From: Chloroflexota bacterium
Lineage (GTDB): Bacteria > Chloroflexota > UBA11872 > UBA12225
DNA: 34,337 nt
Assembly: GCA_035537855.1 (NCBI GenBank)
Contig: DATLLM010000091.1
Span: 1-34,337 of the forward strand
Direction: 5' to 3'
Of the stretch, positions 31,355 to 34,337 are shown piece by piece. Under the pieces are notes generated by a model. The model saw nothing but the letters and a program-made list of their open reading frames with translations. It searched no databases and was not told the origin of the DNA. Every line of letters starts with the position of its first letter. Position 1 is the first letter of the stretch. The position numbers and the translations under genes are program-made.

Positions 31355-32827
31355 ATGACCGAGGACAGTCAGGACACCCACGCCCGCCGGCCGCGACCGG
31401 CGCCCGCCAGCGACCGGCAGGCTCCCGCCGCCGTTGTCCTGGCCGCCGGCAAGGGCACCCGGATGCGCTCCCAGCGCCACAAGGTGCTGCACGACGTCGC
31501 CGGACGGCCGATGCTGTGGCACGTCCTGGTGGCCCTGCGCGGCGCCGGGATCGACCCCGACGCCACCGTCGTCGTGATCGGAGACGGCGCCGACGGCGTG
31601 CGCCAGGCGGTGGAAGGGCACTTCGGCGCCGGCGCTTACCGCTTCGTCTTGCAGGAGCCCCAGCTCGGCACCGGCCACGCCGTGCTCGTCGCCAGGGAAG
31701 CGGTCGGGGCGCGGGCGGAGACGCTGCTCGTGGCCTACGGCGATACCCCCCTGCTGCAGCCGGAGACGGTGCGTCTGGTGCTCGACCGCCACGCGCGGGA
31801 GGGCGCAGCCCTGACCCTGGTCACCGGCGAGCTGGACGATCCGGGCGGCTACGGGCGCATCGTCCGGGAGGGCGGGGCCGGCGGGACCGTCCGGGCCATC
31901 GTCGAGGAGCGCGACGCCACGGCGGCGCAGCGCGGCATCCGGGAGATCAACAGCGGCTTCTGCGCTTTCGACGCCCCCTGGCTCTGGCGGCGCCTGCCCG
32001 AGGTGCGTCCGGCGCCGAACGGTGAGGTGTACCTGACCGCCCTGCCGGCGGCGGCGGCCGCCGGGGGCGAGGCGGTGGCCACCCTGAGCGTGGCCGACGT
32101 GCAGGAGGTGCTCGGGGTCAACACGCGGTTGCAGCTGGCCGAGGCGGAGGGCATCCTGCGGCGCCGCATCGTCCGCCGGCTGCTGGACTCCGGCGTCTCC
32201 CTGCAGGACCCCGCTACGACCTACGTCGACGCCGGCGTCGACGTCGGCGAGGACAGCCTGATCCTGGCCAACACCCACCTCAGCGGCGAGACCTCGGTCG
32301 GGCGGGGCTGCGTCCTGGGCCCGAACGCCATCGTCCGCGACAGCACGGTCGGCGACGGCTGCCGCGTCTTCGCCTCGGTGGTCAGCGGGGCCACGCTCGA
32401 TGCGGACGTCGCCGTCGGGCCGTTTGCCCATGTGCGGCCGGGCACGCACTGCGGCCGCGGCAGTACCGTTGGGACGGGCAGCGAGCTGAATCGTTCGACG
32501 CTCGGCCCCGGAAGCAAGATGATGCACTTCGGCTACCTCGGAGACGCCACGGTCGGCGAACAGGTCAACGTCGGGGCCGGCGCGATCACCTGCAACTACG
32601 ACGGCGAGCAGAAGCACCCCACCACGGTCGGGGACGGCGCGTTCGTCGGCAGCGGGTCGCTGCTGGTCGCCCCGGTCAGCGTCGGCCGGCAGGCGTTGAC
32701 CGGGGCAGGCGCGGTGGTCACGCACGACGTCGCGGACGGAGCCAAGGTGGTGGGCGTCCCGGCGCGCCAGATCGGCTGGCGCGCCGGAACGGGACCGCCC
32801 GACGCCGCAGACCCACCGGTCGATTAG
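31355..32827 (+). CDS. glmU: Bifunctional UDP-N-acetylglucosamine pyrophosphorylase / glucosamine-1-phosphate N-acetyltransferase
   Basis: 490 aa with AVVLAAGKGTRM. The C-terminal left-handed beta-helix has hexapeptide repeats (VGRGCVLGPNAIVRDSTVGDGCRV...). Confidence 0.95.
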   Translation: MTEDSQDTHARRPRPAPASDRQAPAAVVLAAGKGTRMRSQRHKVLHDVAGRPMLWHVLVALRGAGIDPDATVVVIGDGADGVRQAVEGHFGAGAYRFVLQEPQLGTGHAVLVAREAVGARAETLLVAYGDTPLLQPETVRLVLDRHAREGAALTLVTGELDDPGGYGRIVREGGAGGTVRAIVEERDATAAQRGIREINSGFCAFDAPWLWRRLPEVRPAPNGEVYLTALPAAAAAGGEAVATLSVADVQEVLGVNTRLQLAEAEGILRRRIVRRLLDSGVSLQDPATTYVDAGVDVGEDSLILANTHLSGETSVGRGCVLGPNAIVRDSTVGDGCRVFASVVSGATLDADVAVGPFAHVRPGTHCGRGSTVGTGSELNRSTLGPGSKMMHFGYLGDATVGEQVNVGAGAITCNYDGEQKHPTTVGDGAFVGSGSLLVAPVSVGRQALTGAGAVVTHDVADGAKVVGVPARQIGWRAGTGPPDAADPPVD

Positions 32828-32848
32828 GGAGGCACCCAGAGAGGCACC

Positions 32849-33877
32849 ATGGCCACGATGTTGGGAATCCGTACCGATGGCGCCGGGATGCCACGCGTGA
32901 TCGAGCTGGAGGATCGGGCCCAGCCGTCGGACACCGATCGCCGGATGGTCGTGTTCGGCGGCAACTCCAACCCGTCGCTCTCCGCCGAGATCTGCCAGCA
33001 CCTGGGCATCGTCCAGGGGCGGGCGCTGGTGGGCAGCTTCAAGAACGAAGAGACCCGCGTGCGCATCGAGGAGAACGTCCGCGGCGCGGACGCCTTCGTG
33101 ATCCAGTCCACCTGCTCGCCGGTCGACCACCACATCATGGAGCTGCTGCTGATGGTGGACGCCCTGCGCCGGGCGTCGGCGGACCGGGTGACGGCGGTGA
33201 TCCCCTACTACGGCTACTCCAAGCAAGAGAAGAAGACCGCCGGCCGGGAGCCCATCTCGGCCAAGCTGGTGGCGGACCTGATCACCACCGCCGGGGTCGA
33301 CCGCGTGGTGGCGATGGACCTCCACGCCGCCGCCATCGAGGGCTTCTTCGATATCCCCGTCGACCACCTGCGGGCCAATCCGATGATGGCCGGCGCCCTG
33401 CGCGAGCGCCTCGGCGACGACAAGGACCTGGTCGTCGTCTCGCCGGACAGCGGCGGCGTCGCCCGGGCGAACGACTTCCGCGGGCGCGTCGCCGGACACC
33501 TGGCGATCATCGCCAAGCAGCGCCCCCAGCCGGACACGGCCGAGGTGCTGGATATGGTCGGCGACGTGCGGGGCAAGACGGCCGTCATCGTGGACGACAT
33601 GATCTCCACCGGCGGCACGCTGATCGAGGCCGCGGACATGCTCGTCGAGCGCGGGGCCGCCGAGGTCTACGCCTGCGCCACCCACGGCATCTTCGCCGGG
33701 GGCGCCGCCGATCTGATCCAGGCCTCGTGCATCAAAGAGGTGATCACGACCAACACCATCCCGCTGGCGGACGGCCGGCGGCGGAGTAAGATTTACCCGA
33801 TCAGCGTCGCCCCGCTGCTGGCGGAGGCCATCAGGCGAATCCACCGGCACGAGTCGGTCAGTGCGCTGTTCACCTAG
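32849..33877 (+). CDS. prs: Ribose-phosphate pyrophosphokinase (PRPP synthetase)
   Basis: 342 aa with VFGGNSNPSL, IPYYGYSKQEKK, VVSPDSGGVARA and VIVDDMISTGGTL. Confidence 0.96.
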   Translation: MATMLGIRTDGAGMPRVIELEDRAQPSDTDRRMVVFGGNSNPSLSAEICQHLGIVQGRALVGSFKNEETRVRIEENVRGADAFVIQSTCSPVDHHIMELLLMVDALRRASADRVTAVIPYYGYSKQEKKTAGREPISAKLVADLITTAGVDRVVAMDLHAAAIEGFFDIPVDHLRANPMMAGALRERLGDDKDLVVVSPDSGGVARANDFRGRVAGHLAIIAKQRPQPDTAEVLDMVGDVRGKTAVIVDDMISTGGTLIEAADMLVERGAAEVYACATHGIFAGGAADLIQASCIKEVITTNTIPLADGRRRSKIYPISVAPLLAEAIRRIHRHESVSALFT

Positions 33878-33909
33878 CCGCTGCACGGAGCTGTTGTGAA
33901 CGATTGCTC

Positions 33910-33962
33910 CCGGGGGGCGCCCGCCGCCGGGACGAACGGCCTCCCGGGGAGGGCGCCTCCGG
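33910..33962 (+). other. Nested GC-rich stem-loop between prs and the DUF21 gene (prs terminator or downstream leader structure)
   Basis: The outer pairing is CCGGGGGGCGCC (33910-33921) with GGCGCCTCCGG (33952-33962), with one bulge and one G:U. The inner perfect pairing is CCGGGA (33927-33932) with TCCCGG (33942-33947). No U tract follows. Confidence 0.35.
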
Positions 33963-34094
33963 TCGCAGCGATCCTGCGGCCCCAAACCGATTAGGCTCGC
34001 ACTTCAGACCCTCTACGTCCTGGCCCTCGTCGGGCTGCTTGCCGGCCTGGCTCTCCTGGCGACGCCCTCGCTCGGCCTCGAGGTCGCCGGACTC

Positions 34095-34337
34095 GTGCTG
34101 GTCAGCGGCGCCCTGCTGTGCGGCGCCGTCCTGTGGTCGTCGCTCGACACGGCCGTGGCCGCCGTGCGCCGGGTGCGCGTGCAGCAGCTGGTGGACGAGA
34201 ACGTCCCCGGCGCCAGGAGCCTGCAGCGCCTGATGGAGAACTCCATCGGCTTCGTCGCCACCTCCCGGATGGTGGTCACCGGCTCCCTGGTGGGGATCAC
34301 CGCCCTGGCCGTCGCCGCCGCCGGAGGCGCCCTCGCC
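34095..34337 (+). CDS. DUF21/CNNM (CorC/TlyC-type) membrane protein, 5' fragment running off the window
   Basis: The frame containing ...SSLDTAVAAVRRVRVQQLVDENVPGARSLQRLMENSIGFVATSRMVVTGSLVGITALAV matches the DUF21 N-terminal pattern: TM, then SxxExA-like, then RlxxLxxxGxxxA. This frame is open from 33900, but the first canonical start is GTG 34095. The start is uncertain and the 3' end is truncated. Confidence 0.6.
   Translation, partial: MLVSGALLCGAVLWSSLDTAVAAVRRVRVQQLVDENVPGARSLQRLMENSIGFVATSRMVVTGSLVGITALAVAAAGGALA

Noticed and set aside
31121-33985. 954-aa ORF antisense to glmU and prs
   Set aside because: The reasoning is the same as for the other antisense ORFs. The sense strand carries textbook GlmU and Prs motifs, and the antisense translation is Arg/Gly/Asp-rich noise.
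33904-34233. 109-aa ORF from TTG 33904
   Set aside because: The translation is Arg/Pro/Cys/Ser-rich. It overlaps the frame that encodes a recognisable DUF21 N-terminus.

Overview
Very GC-rich (about 70% by eye, not computed), densely packed bacterial chromosomal segment with roughly 38 CDS and 7 tRNAs, mostly housekeeping. There are many 4-nt NTGA stop/start overlaps.

Layout:
- Left arm (2-7865, minus strand): small lysine-rich ORF, HEAT-like hypothetical, FecR-domain membrane protein, acpS, nnr, CBS protein, pdp, ychF.
- Then tRNA-Leu(UAA) directly followed by a DAGK-family lipid kinase, facing a 5-tRNA cluster transcribed Leu(GAG)-Val-Phe-Gly-Cys.
- Centre (9736-19016, plus strand): a compact envelope-glycan or glycosylation cluster. 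It holds a 2-TM peptide, GT2, a CxxC protein, a Wzy_C/O-antigen-ligase-family membrane protein, GT4, a GT4-GT2 fusion, GT2 and a WbaP-like priming phosphotransferase.
- Right arm: CIRCE-hrcA-grpE-dnaK-dnaJ-prmA-rsmE, HIT, pgpH-ybeY-dgkA, a LipM/LplA-like gene, ispE, tRNA-Gln-glmU-prs, and the 5' part of a DUF21/CNNM gene.

The synteny blocks are Bacillus-like, but DnaK carries the long N-terminal insertion typical of non-Firmicute lineages. That fits a high-GC Chloroflexota/Thermomicrobia-like or related Terrabacteria genome; this is unproven.

I saw no CRISPR array, transposase, integrase, phage gene or recognisable defence gene.

Best novelty candidates:
- the flippase-less glycan cluster with its embedded CxxC protein and GT4-GT2 fusion;
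- the uncharacterised small-ORF/HEAT-like/FecR-jelly-roll module;
- tRNA genes acting as the 5' leaders of protein-coding operons.

None of these is demonstrably a new system from sequence alone.
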